A DNA stretch of 64,000 nt, taken from Thermoanaerobaculia bacterium (GTDB lineage: Bacteria > Acidobacteriota > Thermoanaerobaculia > Multivoradales > JAIOJS01). The DNA lies in NCBI GenBank assembly GCA_963837455.1, contig CAWINM010000001.1:452832-516831 (forward strand). Direction: 5' to 3'. Shown in pieces: positions 41,953-51,390 of this stretch. The number at the start of each line of letters is the position of its first letter. Position 1 is the stretch's first letter. The notes beneath the pieces were generated by a model, which ran no database searches, was not told the DNA's origin, and saw only the letters and a program-made list of their open reading frames with translations. The position numbers were made by a program, and so were the translations under genes.

Positions 41953-42876
41953 CTACGGCTTTGGCGGCAGCGCCCCGAGCGCCGCCGGCCAGGTGGCGCG
42001 CAGGTCGGCGCCGCGCAGCACGCCGCCGCCCTTCTCCTGCAGCTTGCGCAGCGTCCGCACCGGCAGTCGCCCCTCGGAGCCGAGCAGCGCCTGCGCGGCG
42101 AAGAACAGCCGCGCCTGGCGCCGCAGCTCGAGTGCCAGCGGATCGCTGGTCGCCACCCCCTGGGGTCCATCGCGACGGTGCAAGGTGTCCCAGAAGCCGG
42201 TGACGTCGGCGGCGCGCCCGGGGCCCATCTGCTGGGCGGCGTCGAGGCTCATCGCCTGGGCGAGCAGGTCGACGATCCACGGCTCGTCGCCGGCGAAGCC
42301 GGCGGCGGTCACCAGGTCGCGCGCCGTCACGCTCAGCGCCAGGGCGTCGGCGGGGGCGAGGCTCGCCGCTTCCTCGGCGGTGCCCATGAGCGGCGTGCCG
42401 GAGAGCGGCGGCAGCGCCCCGAGCACTCCTTGCCAGAGCGCCACCGTGGTGGCGTCGCCGGCGGCGGGCAGCGCCACCACCCGCGTCCCGGCACGGCAGG
42501 GGATGCCGTAGGGGCAAGGCAGCCGCGCCTGCTGCCACTCCTCGTGGCCGAGCACCAGGCCGACCAGGCGCGCCGGGTGTCGGGTGCGGTGCGCGGTCTC
42601 CGTCGCCAGGCCGCGCAGCCAGGTCTCGACGTGCGCCGCCCGGTCGAGCGTGCCGGGCACGTAGCGTACGTCGCAGGCGTCGTCGGCAAGGAGGAGCAGC
42701 TGCGCCAGCAACGTCTCCGGCACCGTCGACGCCATCACCGCGGTGGTGTCGTCGCGATCGAACCCGGAGGCGGCGCGCACCGGCACGCCGGTGGCAAAGG
42801 TGGCGAGAGCGAGGCTCGCCACCGCCAGCGGGAGGCGCCGGCGGCCGGATCGCTGCGGCACGGTGGCCCGCAGCAT
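41953..42876 (-). CDS. secreted hypothetical protein
   Basis: Signal peptide MLRATVPQRSGRRRLPLAVASLALATFATGVPVRA. No recognisable domain. Confidence 0.5.
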   Translation of the reverse strand: MLRATVPQRSGRRRLPLAVASLALATFATGVPVRAASGFDRDDTTAVMASTVPETLLAQLLLLADDACDVRYVPGTLDRAAHVETWLRGLATETAHRTRHPARLVGLVLGHEEWQQARLPCPYGIPCRAGTRVVALPAAGDATTVALWQGVLGALPPLSGTPLMGTAEEAASLAPADALALSVTARDLVTAAGFAGDEPWIVDLLAQAMSLDAAQQMGPGRAADVTGFWDTLHRRDGPQGVATSDPLALELRRQARLFFAAQALLGSEGRLPVRTLRKLQEKGGGVLRGADLRATWPAALGALPPKP

Positions 42877-42951
42877 ATCCCCATGAGCGCCGCCTGGCGC
42901 CGGCAGACGACCACCGTGGCGGCATAGAATCGTCATAACCGAGGGGGACGC

Positions 42952-43611
42952 ATGGACGGCAGCGAGTTCATCGCCGTGCTGGTGACCGAGATGGAGACGC
43001 TGTTCGCTCGCCTCGGCGAGAGCGAGGCGCTGGAGGCGGAGTCGGAGGGGAAGGTCGAGGTCAAGATCCTGCTCCGGCTGGCGCTGAAGAGCGAGCTCGA
43101 GGCGAGCGAGATCGCCGGGCTGTGGATGCCGACCACGCCGGAGATCGACGCCAAGCTGCTGCTCGCCGAGCAGTGCGGCGACGAGATGAAGCACTACGAG
43201 CTGATCTGCGCGCGGCTCGGCGAGCTGGGCGAGGACCTGAGCGCCTTCGACCCGCTCGCCGAAGGGTACAGCCCGCTCTACCACTACCTTCGCGGCCTGC
43301 GCTCGACCGTCGAGCGGGTGGCCGCCGGCCCCTTCGCCCGCGAGGCGATCGCCAAGGTGCGCAACGCGCAGTTCATCGCCTTCTGCGACGCCGTGGGCGA
43401 CACCGCCACGGCCCGCCTCTACCGCGACGTCATCCAGCCCGAGGAGATCAAGCATCACGAGCTGGCGCGCGGCATCCTCGAGCGCCTGTGCACCAGCGCC
43501 GAGCTGCAGGAGCTCGCCGCGGCGGCGACGCGCAGCACGCTCGCCATCGCCGACGAGCTGCGCACGCTGGCGGAGAAGTCGACCGGCATGCACGCCATCC
43601 CGGTGTCGTAG
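42952..43611 (+). CDS. ferritin-like (diiron-carboxylate superfamily) domain protein
   Basis: 219 aa. E...EQCGDEMKHYE and E...H motifs are consistent with a four-helix-bundle diiron site. GAGGGGGA RBS. A TAGAAT -10-like hexamer sits 24 nt upstream. Confidence 0.55.
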   Translation: MDGSEFIAVLVTEMETLFARLGESEALEAESEGKVEVKILLRLALKSELEASEIAGLWMPTTPEIDAKLLLAEQCGDEMKHYELICARLGELGEDLSAFDPLAEGYSPLYHYLRGLRSTVERVAAGPFAREAIAKVRNAQFIAFCDAVGDTATARLYRDVIQPEEIKHHELARGILERLCTSAELQELAAAATRSTLAIADELRTLAEKSTGMHAIPVS

Positions 43612-43717
43612 CCACGGCCGTGGCGGGGGCCGCGCCGCCGCTCGCATCGACGCCCCGCACGGGGCTTCCCATCGCGGGCCGGGGCTCGCTCCCCGCCCGC
43701 CAGCAGGAGACCGCGAG

Positions 43718-44593
43718 ATGAAACCGATCGCCACCATCGCCGTCCTCGGCGCCGGCACCATGGGCAGCGGCATCGCCCAGGTGGCGGCGCTGGGCGGCTA
43801 CGACACGCACCTCTTCGACGTCGCCGCCGGCGCCCTCGACAAGGCCCGCCAGGCCATCGAGCGCACGCTCGACAAGGGGGTGAAGCTGGGCAAGGTGGAC
43901 GCCGCGGCCGCGGCGGAGACGCTCGCCCGCGTCCGCTGCGACGCTGACCTCGCCACCGCCGTGGCGACTGCCGACCTGGTCATCGAGGCGGTGCCCGAGA
44001 CCATGGCGCTCAAGGTGGAGACCTTCGCCGCGGTGGCCCGCAGCTGCCCTGCAGACGCTCTCTTCGCCTCCAACACCTCCGGCCTGTCGATCACCGAGAT
44101 CGCCGGCGCCTCGGGGCGCGCCGACCGCTTCGCCGGCATGCACTTCTTCAACCCGGTGCACCTCATGAAGCTGGTCGAGCTCGTCCGCGGCCTCGAGACC
44201 AGCGAGGCGACGCTCGCGGCGATGGCCGCGGTGGCGGCGCGCATGGGCAAGGAGGTGGTGGTGGTGCGCGAGGCGCCGGGCTTCGTCACCTCGCGCATCA
44301 ACGCGCTCATCGGCAACGAGGCGTTTCGCATGCTCGAGTCCGGCGTCGCCAGCGCCGAGGACATCGACAAGGCGCTCAAGCTCGGCCTCAACCATCCGAT
44401 GGGACCCTTCGAGATGGTGGACCTGGTGGGGCTCGACGTGCGGCTGTCGATCCTCCACTACCTGCACCAGACGCTCGGCGAGACTTACCGGCCGAGCAAC
44501 CTGCTGGCGCAGTACGTCAAGGCCGGGCGGCTGGGCAGGAAGAGCGGCAAGGGCGTCTACGTTTACGACCAGGAAGGAAAACGCATCGGCTGA
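43718..44593 (+). CDS. hbd: 3-hydroxybutyryl-CoA / 3-hydroxyacyl-CoA dehydrogenase
   Basis: AVLGAGTMGSGIAQ Rossmann motif and 3HCDH N- and C-terminal domains. 291 aa. Confidence 0.85.
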   Translation: MKPIATIAVLGAGTMGSGIAQVAALGGYDTHLFDVAAGALDKARQAIERTLDKGVKLGKVDAAAAAETLARVRCDADLATAVATADLVIEAVPETMALKVETFAAVARSCPADALFASNTSGLSITEIAGASGRADRFAGMHFFNPVHLMKLVELVRGLETSEATLAAMAAVAARMGKEVVVVREAPGFVTSRINALIGNEAFRMLESGVASAEDIDKALKLGLNHPMGPFEMVDLVGLDVRLSILHYLHQTLGETYRPSNLLAQYVKAGRLGRKSGKGVYVYDQEGKRIG

Positions 44594-44610
44594 GGGGTGA
44601 GCGACTGGCG

Positions 44611-45171
44611 TCAGCGCGGAAAGAGCTCGCTGACGTCGATCGTCGCCGCGGAGCCCGGAACCTCGAGCCGATCGCCGGCGCCGCCGGTGTGCTGCGCGAG
44701 GTAGCCATCCGGCGATGGAGCGCTATACACCTCGACGAGATCCCGGCCGAGATCGAGTATCCAGACGGTCTGTATCCCCGCCCGGGAGTACAGCGGCAGC
44801 TTGACCGTCCGGTCGTAGCTGGCCGACGAATCCGCGACCTCGACGAGCAGGAGCACGTCGGCCGGCCGGGGATGCCCCGAAGCGTAGGAGTCGGCGCGCG
44901 ACCGGGCAAGGCAGACATCGGGCTCCGGCTCGCTGAAGTCGTCGAGGACCACCGGGCTCTGCACCCTGACGAGCGCTCGCCTGCCCACCGCCTCTACCAG
45001 CAGGTGCGTCAGGCAAGCTACGGAGGCCGCGTGGCGGCCGCCGATCGGCGACATCATCACGATCTCCCCCTCGATGAGCTCGACGCGATCGTCCTGGTCG
45101 AGGATTCCCACCTCGGCGAGTCGGTAGTACTCGTCCACCGTGAACCGATAGTGGGCGACAGGCAAGCTCAT
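44611..45171 (-). CDS. Uma2-family (DUF820) putative restriction-endonuclease-like protein
   Basis: Characteristic HRFTVDEYYRLAEVGIL...DDRVELIEGEIVMMSP...PDV...VEV...S motifs. An alternative upstream start lies at 45210. Confidence 0.7.
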   Translation of the reverse strand: MSLPVAHYRFTVDEYYRLAEVGILDQDDRVELIEGEIVMMSPIGGRHAASVACLTHLLVEAVGRRALVRVQSPVVLDDFSEPEPDVCLARSRADSYASGHPRPADVLLLVEVADSSASYDRTVKLPLYSRAGIQTVWILDLGRDLVEVYSAPSPDGYLAQHTGGAGDRLEVPGSAATIDVSELFPR

Positions 45172-45524
45172 CGGGAGGAATTCTACGACGCTCCCGCGCC
45201 GGCGGTGCATCGCCCGTAGCCCACCTCGGCTGGCGAACCGTCTTTCGTTCCTGGCAAGGCCCCCGGCGAGCACCCGGATCTTGCGAGGAGGTGTGACGCG
45301 GCAACAGGCGCAACGGGCGGCTAGAGACCGCAGCGACGAGCTGCGGTCGCACCGCGAGTCTGCTGTCGCGGAGACTCGCACTCTGTATTCTTGGGCCGAG
45401 GGAATGGCTTGGGCAGCCTTGTTGCTGGCGAGGTAGTCGCGGATCGCTGCGACGACGCGGGGAATACGCAACGCGGCATCTCCGCCGAGCTGCGCAGTCC
45501 TGATAAAGAGGAGCCATCGAACCC

Positions 45525-45731
45525 ATGGACTATGAGCAACTTCTTCAGCAGGCGCACGACTTCATGCCCTTCGTCAAAGAGTTCCTGCCGAAGGAACAGC
45601 TTCCGAGCTACGCCCACTGCCTCACGCACTACCTGCGGAGAATCGCCAATCACGCGGAGGCCGCCGGGCAGCACGCTGTCGCGAGCCGCTTGCGCTCTTC
45701 GGCCGACCGCTTCCACGCAGGGGAGTACTAA
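45525..45731 (+). CDS. hypothetical 68-aa protein in an atypical lower-GC segment
   Basis: Canonical AAAGAGGAG RBS 8 nt upstream of the ATG. Codon usage (GAT, GAA, CTT, AAA) and local GC near 58% differ from the rest of the window. Confidence 0.45.
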   Translation: MDYEQLLQQAHDFMPFVKEFLPKEQLPSYAHCLTHYLRRIANHAEAAGQHAVASRLRSSADRFHAGEY

Positions 45732-45798
45732 CCAATCGGGCCAGGGACGGCCCGGATCGTCTGCCGAGGGCGCTCTGACGGCGCTAGGATACTCACCG

Positions 45799-46590
45799 AT
45801 GAGCAAGTGGAGCCTGGAGGGGAAGGTAGCGCTGCTCACCGGGGCGAGCAGCGGGATGGGGTTCGCGACGGCACGCGCGCTGGCGCACCGCGGGGCGAAG
45901 CTGGTAATCGCCAGTCGCGGCGGCTCCAAGCTCGAGCGCGCACGCAACGAGCTCGTCGCCGAGGGCGCGCAGGTGGAGGCATGCGTCGTCGACGTGCGCT
46001 CCGCCGAGTCGTTGAAGCGGCTGGTGCAGCAGGCGGAGGGGACGCTGGGACCGGTCGACGTGCTGGTCGCCAACGGTGGCGGCCCGCCTTCGAAGCGTGC
46101 CGTCGACCTCGAGGAAGGTGACTGGCAGGATGCGATTGCCCTCTGCCTGCTGTTCGTGCCGCGCCTGTGCTCGCTGGTGGTGCCCGGGATGCGCAAGCGG
46201 GGCTGGGGACGCGTCGTCGCCCTCAACTCGGTGTCGGCGCGGCAGCCGATCCCCCACCTGGCGCTCTCCAACACGCTGCGACCGGCGGTGTTGGGCTACA
46301 TGAAGACGCTATCGATGGAGGTGGCGCGCGAGGGGGTCACCGTCAACACGGTGCTTCCCGGATACACCCGCACCGACCGCCAGGAGGAGCTCGCCCAGGC
46401 GGCCTCGTTGCGCAGCGGCAGGAGGGCCGAGGAGATCCTCGCCGAGTGGGCCGCCGAGGTGCCGATCGGCCGCCTCGCCGAGCCTCAGGAGATCGCCGAG
46501 GTGGTGGCCTTCCTCTGTTCCCCGGCCGCCTCCTACCTGACCGGCCAGGCGATCACCGTCGACGGCGGCTACGTGCGCGGCCTCCTCTAA
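45799..46590 (+). CDS. SDR-family short-chain dehydrogenase/reductase
   Basis: TGASSGMG cofactor motif, YxxxK active site. 263 aa. Confidence 0.85.
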   Translation: MSKWSLEGKVALLTGASSGMGFATARALAHRGAKLVIASRGGSKLERARNELVAEGAQVEACVVDVRSAESLKRLVQQAEGTLGPVDVLVANGGGPPSKRAVDLEEGDWQDAIALCLLFVPRLCSLVVPGMRKRGWGRVVALNSVSARQPIPHLALSNTLRPAVLGYMKTLSMEVAREGVTVNTVLPGYTRTDRQEELAQAASLRSGRRAEEILAEWAAEVPIGRLAEPQEIAEVVAFLCSPAASYLTGQAITVDGGYVRGLL

Positions 46591-46633
46591 CCGCGGTCGG
46601 ACGACGCGCGCCGGCGACGCGACGAGCCTCCCG

Positions 46634-47842
46634 TCAGCCCACCGTCTTCGCCCGCGCCTCCTCTTCGGAGGCATACGTCGCCTCGCGCCGCCGCCAGCGG
46701 AAGCGGGCGAGCCACGGGTTGTCCCTCCCTTCCACCGCGTCGGCGATGAGGGGCCCGAGGATCGGCGCGAACTTGAAGGCGTGGCCGCTGCCACCGGAGG
46801 CGAGGGTGACGCCGGGCCGCGCCGGGTCGCGGTCGATCCAGAAGTGGCCATCGGCGGTGTCGCAGTAGAAGCAGGTACGGGAGGCCACCAGCGGTGCGTC
46901 GGCGAGGGCAGGGAGGGACTCGCGCAGGAACGCGTACAGCTCCGCCTCGTCGGCGGCGGCGAGCTCGCGCTCGGCGTCGGGCGCCACGCGGCGGCCGCGC
47001 GCGTGACGGGCCACCTTGACGACGCCCTCCCGCGGGTGGAGCGGGAAGCCGTACCAGCCGGTCTGCGCCACGTCGGCGAGGAACACCGGGAAGCGCTCGC
47101 CGGCGAAGAGCTCGGGCTCCCGGGGGCGGAGATGGAAGACCGGGTGCGCGGTCGCCCACATCCCCCACTCGACGCCGAGCAGGCGCGCGCTCCACACCCC
47201 GGCCGCCACCACCACGTGGTCGGCAAGGATCTCGTTGCCGGCCGCCGTGCGTACGCCGGCGACGCCGCCGTCGCCCCCGAGCAGCGCCGCGGCGCCGTCC
47301 CCTTCGTGCACGGCGATTCCCTCGCGGCGCGCCAGGGCAACCAGGCGCGCCACCACCCGGCCGCTCTCCGCCCAGCCCGCCTCCTGGTGGAAGAAGGCGG
47401 CGCGGAAGCGGGCCTCGCGCCACGCCGGGTAGCGCGCCGCGACGGCGTCGGCGGCGAGCGTTTCCGGGGTGTACCCCGCTTCGCGCAGACTCCGGTAGGA
47501 GGCCGCCTCGTAGCCGTCGCCCGCGAGCGCCTCGCCGGCCAGCGCCAGCAGCCCACACTCGTGGTAGAGCGGCTCGGGCCATTCGTCGTTCCAGCGGCGC
47601 CAGCCCTCGATCGCCGACGTGGCGAGGCGCAGGTAGTGGCGATCGCCGCCGTACTCGCGACGGATCACCTTGCTGATGTCGGTGGAGGCGGCGCGTGGCG
47701 CCGGCACGCGTCCGGCATCGAGGAGCGTCACCCGCCAACCGCGCCGCTGCAGCTCGCGGGCAGCGCAGACGCCGAAGATGCCGGCACCGACGACGACCAC
47801 CTGACGTCCGTTCGCGGCTCCCGCGGGGCTGGCGCTCACCAC
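46634..47842 (-). CDS. FAD-dependent oxidoreductase (DAO family; D-amino-acid/sarcosine/glycine oxidase-like)
   Basis: VVVVGAGIFGVCAA dinucleotide motif and DAO-family conservation. 402 aa. Confidence 0.8.
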   Translation of the reverse strand: MVSASPAGAANGRQVVVVGAGIFGVCAARELQRRGWRVTLLDAGRVPAPRAASTDISKVIRREYGGDRHYLRLATSAIEGWRRWNDEWPEPLYHECGLLALAGEALAGDGYEAASYRSLREAGYTPETLAADAVAARYPAWREARFRAAFFHQEAGWAESGRVVARLVALARREGIAVHEGDGAAALLGGDGGVAGVRTAAGNEILADHVVVAAGVWSARLLGVEWGMWATAHPVFHLRPREPELFAGERFPVFLADVAQTGWYGFPLHPREGVVKVARHARGRRVAPDAERELAAADEAELYAFLRESLPALADAPLVASRTCFYCDTADGHFWIDRDPARPGVTLASGGSGHAFKFAPILGPLIADAVEGRDNPWLARFRWRRREATYASEEEARAKTVG

Positions 47843-47881
47843 CGCGGCCTGCTCCCGTCGACGGCGATCAGCGGGCGAGCC

Positions 47882-48691
47882 TCAGTCGCCAAGGGGCCCG
47901 AGCTCGGGGTAGTACAGACGGCGGCAGTCGGTACAGATGCCATGGCTGAAGAGCACGTCCGTGCGCGCGCTGATGTACGCCTCGAGCTGGTTCCAGGCTC
48001 CCTGGTCGTCGCGGATCTTCTTGCAGTGCGAGCATATCGGCAGGATTCCCTGCAGCGTCCGGATCTCGGCGGTCCGCTCGGCGACGAGGTTCTCCAGGCT
48101 CTGGTTGGCGCGGGCGAGGTCCTCCGTTCGCAGCACCACCTGCTCCTCGAGCGTCGTCGTCAGCCGGCGAAGCGCGGCGGTCCGCTCGGACAGCTGGATC
48201 CGGTACTGGCTGCCCAGCAGCCCCGTGGCCGCACAGCGACCGAGGGTCAGGACGAAGCACAGGCCGGTGATCCATCGCTCGGCCGGCGTCCGCAGGGGAA
48301 TGGCCAGCGGTGGCCGAAGGAGAAGGAGAACGGCGACCGCCGCTACAGCGGTGACGCCCCATGCGAAGGCGGCCTTGGCGGGCGTCAACCGCAGCGTGCC
48401 AAAGCCGAAGACGACGAACAGCACCATGAGGAAGACGAAGCCCACCTCGGGAGCGATGACCAGGAAGACGAGCTCCACCACGGCGCTCGGGAGCAGCTGC
48501 CAGATGGTGAGGAACCAGTCGCCGCTGCGCTCGCCCGCTCCGGTGCGAAACACGGCGAAGAACCCCGCCGACACCGCCGCGCCGGCGAGCGCATAGAGGA
48601 GCGGGACGCGCGGCGAGGTGGTGCCGACGCCGGCGTAGAGCAGGAGGAAGACGGTGGTGAGCGCGTACGATCCGGAGATCGACACCAGCAT
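47882..48691 (-). CDS. polytopic membrane sensor-like protein with coiled-coil and C-terminal Cys-rich module (ILPICSHCKKIRDDQGAWNQLEAYI...FSHGICTDC)
   Basis: About six TM helices, then a coiled-coil (LEEQVVLRTEDLARANQSLENLVAERTAEIRTLQG), then the Cys/His-rich terminal motif. The start (48691) is uncertain; the ORF extends to 49180. Confidence 0.6.
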   Translation of the reverse strand: MLVSISGSYALTTVFLLLYAGVGTTSPRVPLLYALAGAAVSAGFFAVFRTGAGERSGDWFLTIWQLLPSAVVELVFLVIAPEVGFVFLMVLFVVFGFGTLRLTPAKAAFAWGVTAVAAVAVLLLLRPPLAIPLRTPAERWITGLCFVLTLGRCAATGLLGSQYRIQLSERTAALRRLTTTLEEQVVLRTEDLARANQSLENLVAERTAEIRTLQGILPICSHCKKIRDDQGAWNQLEAYISARTDVLFSHGICTDCRRLYYPELGPLGD

Positions 48692-48974
48692 GCGACGCCG
48701 CAGCTGCCTCCGGCGGGCGATCCTCTCCGGAGCGCTCCGGGGAGCGCCCTCGGAGCTCCCAGGGCGCGCAGGGCTGCCGGGAGAGGTGGGGGCGGCGGCT
48801 TCCACCTTGACGACTCGTTGCGATCCCACTGCCGAGCCTGCACCGGGCACACTATCAGCCGCTCGCGCGCCAGCCGCGGCGCGGAGAGCCTCTGCGCCGG
48901 TCACCGTGGTAGCTTTCCCGCGCCCCGCGATGCTCGCGCGCCGACTCCCGTCACCCACCACCATCACGACCGCC

Positions 48975-49793
48975 ATGGCATGGCCGCACGCGGCTGCAGC
49001 ATTCACGCGGTACGCGAGTCTCCCGCTGGCCTGGAGCAGTGTCGGCCCCCTCGCCGCGGCCCTCGTCTTCGCGGCTGGGCTCGGTTGTCCGGCGGCCGGC
49101 GCCGAGCCACCCATCAAGGAGCCGCCGGTACAGGAGCCAGGGATGGCACCTCTCGCCAGGAGCTTCACCCGGACCGTCACCCAAACGCTGGAGAGCCACT
49201 ACCTGCTCTACCTCCCGGAGGGCTACGAGAGTGGCCACGAGCGCTGGCCGCTGGTGCTCTTCCTCCACGGCTCGGGGGAGCGCGGCAGCGACCTCTCGGC
49301 GCTGCCCCGGCAGGGCCTGCCCAAGCTCGCCGCCCACGAGCACCTGCCATTCATCCTGGTGGCCCCCCAGGTCCCCGCCGGTGAGATCTGGTCGGCCGAG
49401 GTGCTCGCCGCGCTCCTCGACGAGCTCGAGCTCACGCTCCGTGTCGACCGCGACCGCGTCTATCTGACCGGCCTCAGCATGGGCGCCTTCGGCGCCTGGG
49501 ACCTCGCGGTGGCGCAGCCGCACCGCTTCGCGGCGCTGGCGGTCATCAGCGGCGGCGGCAATCCCGTCGAGGTGTGCCGGCTCGCCCACGTGCCGGTGTG
49601 GATCGCCCACGGCGCCGACGACGACGTCATCCCGGTCTCCTGGGCGGAGACGCTCGCCAAGCGGCTCACCGCCTGCGGCGGCAACGTGCGCAAGACCATC
49701 TACCCCGGCACCGGCCACGACGCCTGGAGCCGCACCTACGAGGATCCCGACTTCCTGCCCTGGCTCCTCGCGCAGCACCGCGGCGGGTCGTGA
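48975..49793 (+). CDS. secreted alpha/beta-hydrolase esterase (phospholipase/carboxylesterase / PHB-depolymerase-like family)
   Basis: Signal peptide. GLSMG nucleophile elbow. Asp/His in the C-terminal part (HGADDDVIP, GTGHD). Confidence 0.75.
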   Translation: MAWPHAAAAFTRYASLPLAWSSVGPLAAALVFAAGLGCPAAGAEPPIKEPPVQEPGMAPLARSFTRTVTQTLESHYLLYLPEGYESGHERWPLVLFLHGSGERGSDLSALPRQGLPKLAAHEHLPFILVAPQVPAGEIWSAEVLAALLDELELTLRVDRDRVYLTGLSMGAFGAWDLAVAQPHRFAALAVISGGGNPVEVCRLAHVPVWIAHGADDDVIPVSWAETLAKRLTACGGNVRKTIYPGTGHDAWSRTYEDPDFLPWLLAQHRGGS

Positions 49794-49799
49794 CGACGC

Positions 49800-51113
49800 T
49801 CACCGTCGGGCGCGCTCGGCGGCGACCTCGGTGACGCCGCGCTCCATGCGACTCACCAGCTCGGGGATCGCCGCCGCCGCCACCGAGCAGAAGGCGACCC
49901 GCAGGTAGCGCTGCCCCACCGACACCACGCCGCTGTCGTGACGGTCGAGCAGATGCTGGCGGACCTCCTCGGCGGCCACCCCCAGCGACTCCGGCAGCTC
50001 GAGAAGCGCGAAGCAGCCGGAGTTGAAAGGCAGCGGGCGGAGGAGCCGTTGGTCGACCCTGGCGAGCGCCTGCTGCAACGCCCGGTAGCGCTCGGCCAGA
50101 AGCAACCGCACCGCTTCCACCTGGGCCTCGGCGTCAGCCGCCTCGAGGGCGTGCAAGAGCAGCATCTGGCTGGTGGCGACGGGGCTGCCGATGGTCGCGC
50201 GCACCAGCCCCTTGACCTTGCTCTCCAGCGCCAGGGCGATCTCCGAGCCGGGGGAGAAAGGGAAGGTGAGGAAGCCGATGCGGCCGCCGAAGAAGGAGTA
50301 CTCCTTGGTGGCGCCATCGACCTTTACCGGCACCAGGTTGGGGTGCAGCCCGACGAGCTCCCAGAAAGGCGACTCGCGGGGCACCTCCTCCTCGTAGACG
50401 AGCCCGGCGTAGGCGTCGTCGCAGATCACCAGTAGCGGTCGCCGTTCGGCCTCGGCGAAGAGGCTCGCCACGAGGACATCGCGCTCGGGGCGAGTGGGGC
50501 TGTAGCCACCCGGGTTGCTGGGGAGGTTGAGCAGGACCACCGCCGGCTCCCCGGAAGGCAGCCCGGCGAGCGCCTCGGCCCAGGCGCCAGGGGCGAAGCG
50601 GCCGTCGCTGTACGCGGGAGCGGTGAGCAGGCGAGCGCCGGTGCGGAGCGCGAAGGTCTGCCGGTAGTTGCCCCAGAACGGCGCCGCGATCGCCACCGCG
50701 CGCCCTTCGCCGCCGAAGAGGTCGGCAAGCACCGCCAGCCCATGGGTGAGGCCCGCGACCACCATTGGCAGGGTGGAGGGCCGGTCGTCGGGCTGCTCGC
50801 GGCGTTGCCAGGCCCGCCAGGCGCGGCGGACCTCGGCGATCCCCTCCACCGGGGAGTAGAGCAAGGCGCGGTTGCGGGCGGCCGCAGGGAGCCCCGCGAG
50901 CCCCTCGGCCAGGGCCGGTACCGGCACCGCCTGGCCGTAGCCGTCGGTGATCTGGCCGATGGTGGCGTTGTAGGTCTTGCCGCGCGCCTGCGCCGCCTGG
51001 AACGGGATGTCGGGCGGGAAGTAGGCGCGCCGGCCGAGGGGCGACAGCAACTCGAACAGCGCCGGGCAGGCGGCGGCGATGGCGTCGTCGGTGGCTGCGG
51101 CGAGGTCGGCCAT
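49800..51113 (-). CDS. class I/II pyridoxal-phosphate-dependent aminotransferase
   Basis: 437 aa. Fold-type I conservation with a PLP lysine region (KEYSFFGGRIGF). Confidence 0.85.
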   Translation of the reverse strand: MADLAAATDDAIAAACPALFELLSPLGRRAYFPPDIPFQAAQARGKTYNATIGQITDGYGQAVPVPALAEGLAGLPAAARNRALLYSPVEGIAEVRRAWRAWQRREQPDDRPSTLPMVVAGLTHGLAVLADLFGGEGRAVAIAAPFWGNYRQTFALRTGARLLTAPAYSDGRFAPGAWAEALAGLPSGEPAVVLLNLPSNPGGYSPTRPERDVLVASLFAEAERRPLLVICDDAYAGLVYEEEVPRESPFWELVGLHPNLVPVKVDGATKEYSFFGGRIGFLTFPFSPGSEIALALESKVKGLVRATIGSPVATSQMLLLHALEAADAEAQVEAVRLLLAERYRALQQALARVDQRLLRPLPFNSGCFALLELPESLGVAAEEVRQHLLDRHDSGVVSVGQRYLRVAFCSVAAAAIPELVSRMERGVTEVAAERARR

Positions 51114-51390
51114 GGGGGATGCTCCTAGAGCCAGGCGATCCTTGAGGGGGGCGGATTATGCCATCGCCACCGGCCGCGCGGGCCCGCTCGCGAGCGGGCG
51201 CGGTGACATCGGCGCCCACGGAGGCAACTCGCTCCACTCGCCGGTGTCCGCTGGCGCCGCCGCCCGTCGCGGATGCGGGACGGTCCTCGCGCCGGCCGAC
51301 CAGCGCAGCGCTCGGCCCGCAGTGGCGGCGCGCTGGCACACCCCGTGCTCCCAAGCAGTGCCGATCGATCGCATCAAACAAGAGGTTGCC

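Noticed and set aside
45172-45471. Upstream in-frame extension of the Uma2 gene ([40 protein letters not shown]...) as a separate small gene
   Set aside because: It is in the same frame without an intervening stop and lacks its own convincing RBS. It may just be ORF read-through in an AT-richer patch. Left as a note inside the islet finding.
45505-45530. GGGTTCGATGG motif resembling a tRNA T-arm
   Set aside because: No acceptor stem, D-arm or anticodon arm can be built around it. It is the RBS/start region of the 68-aa ORF.
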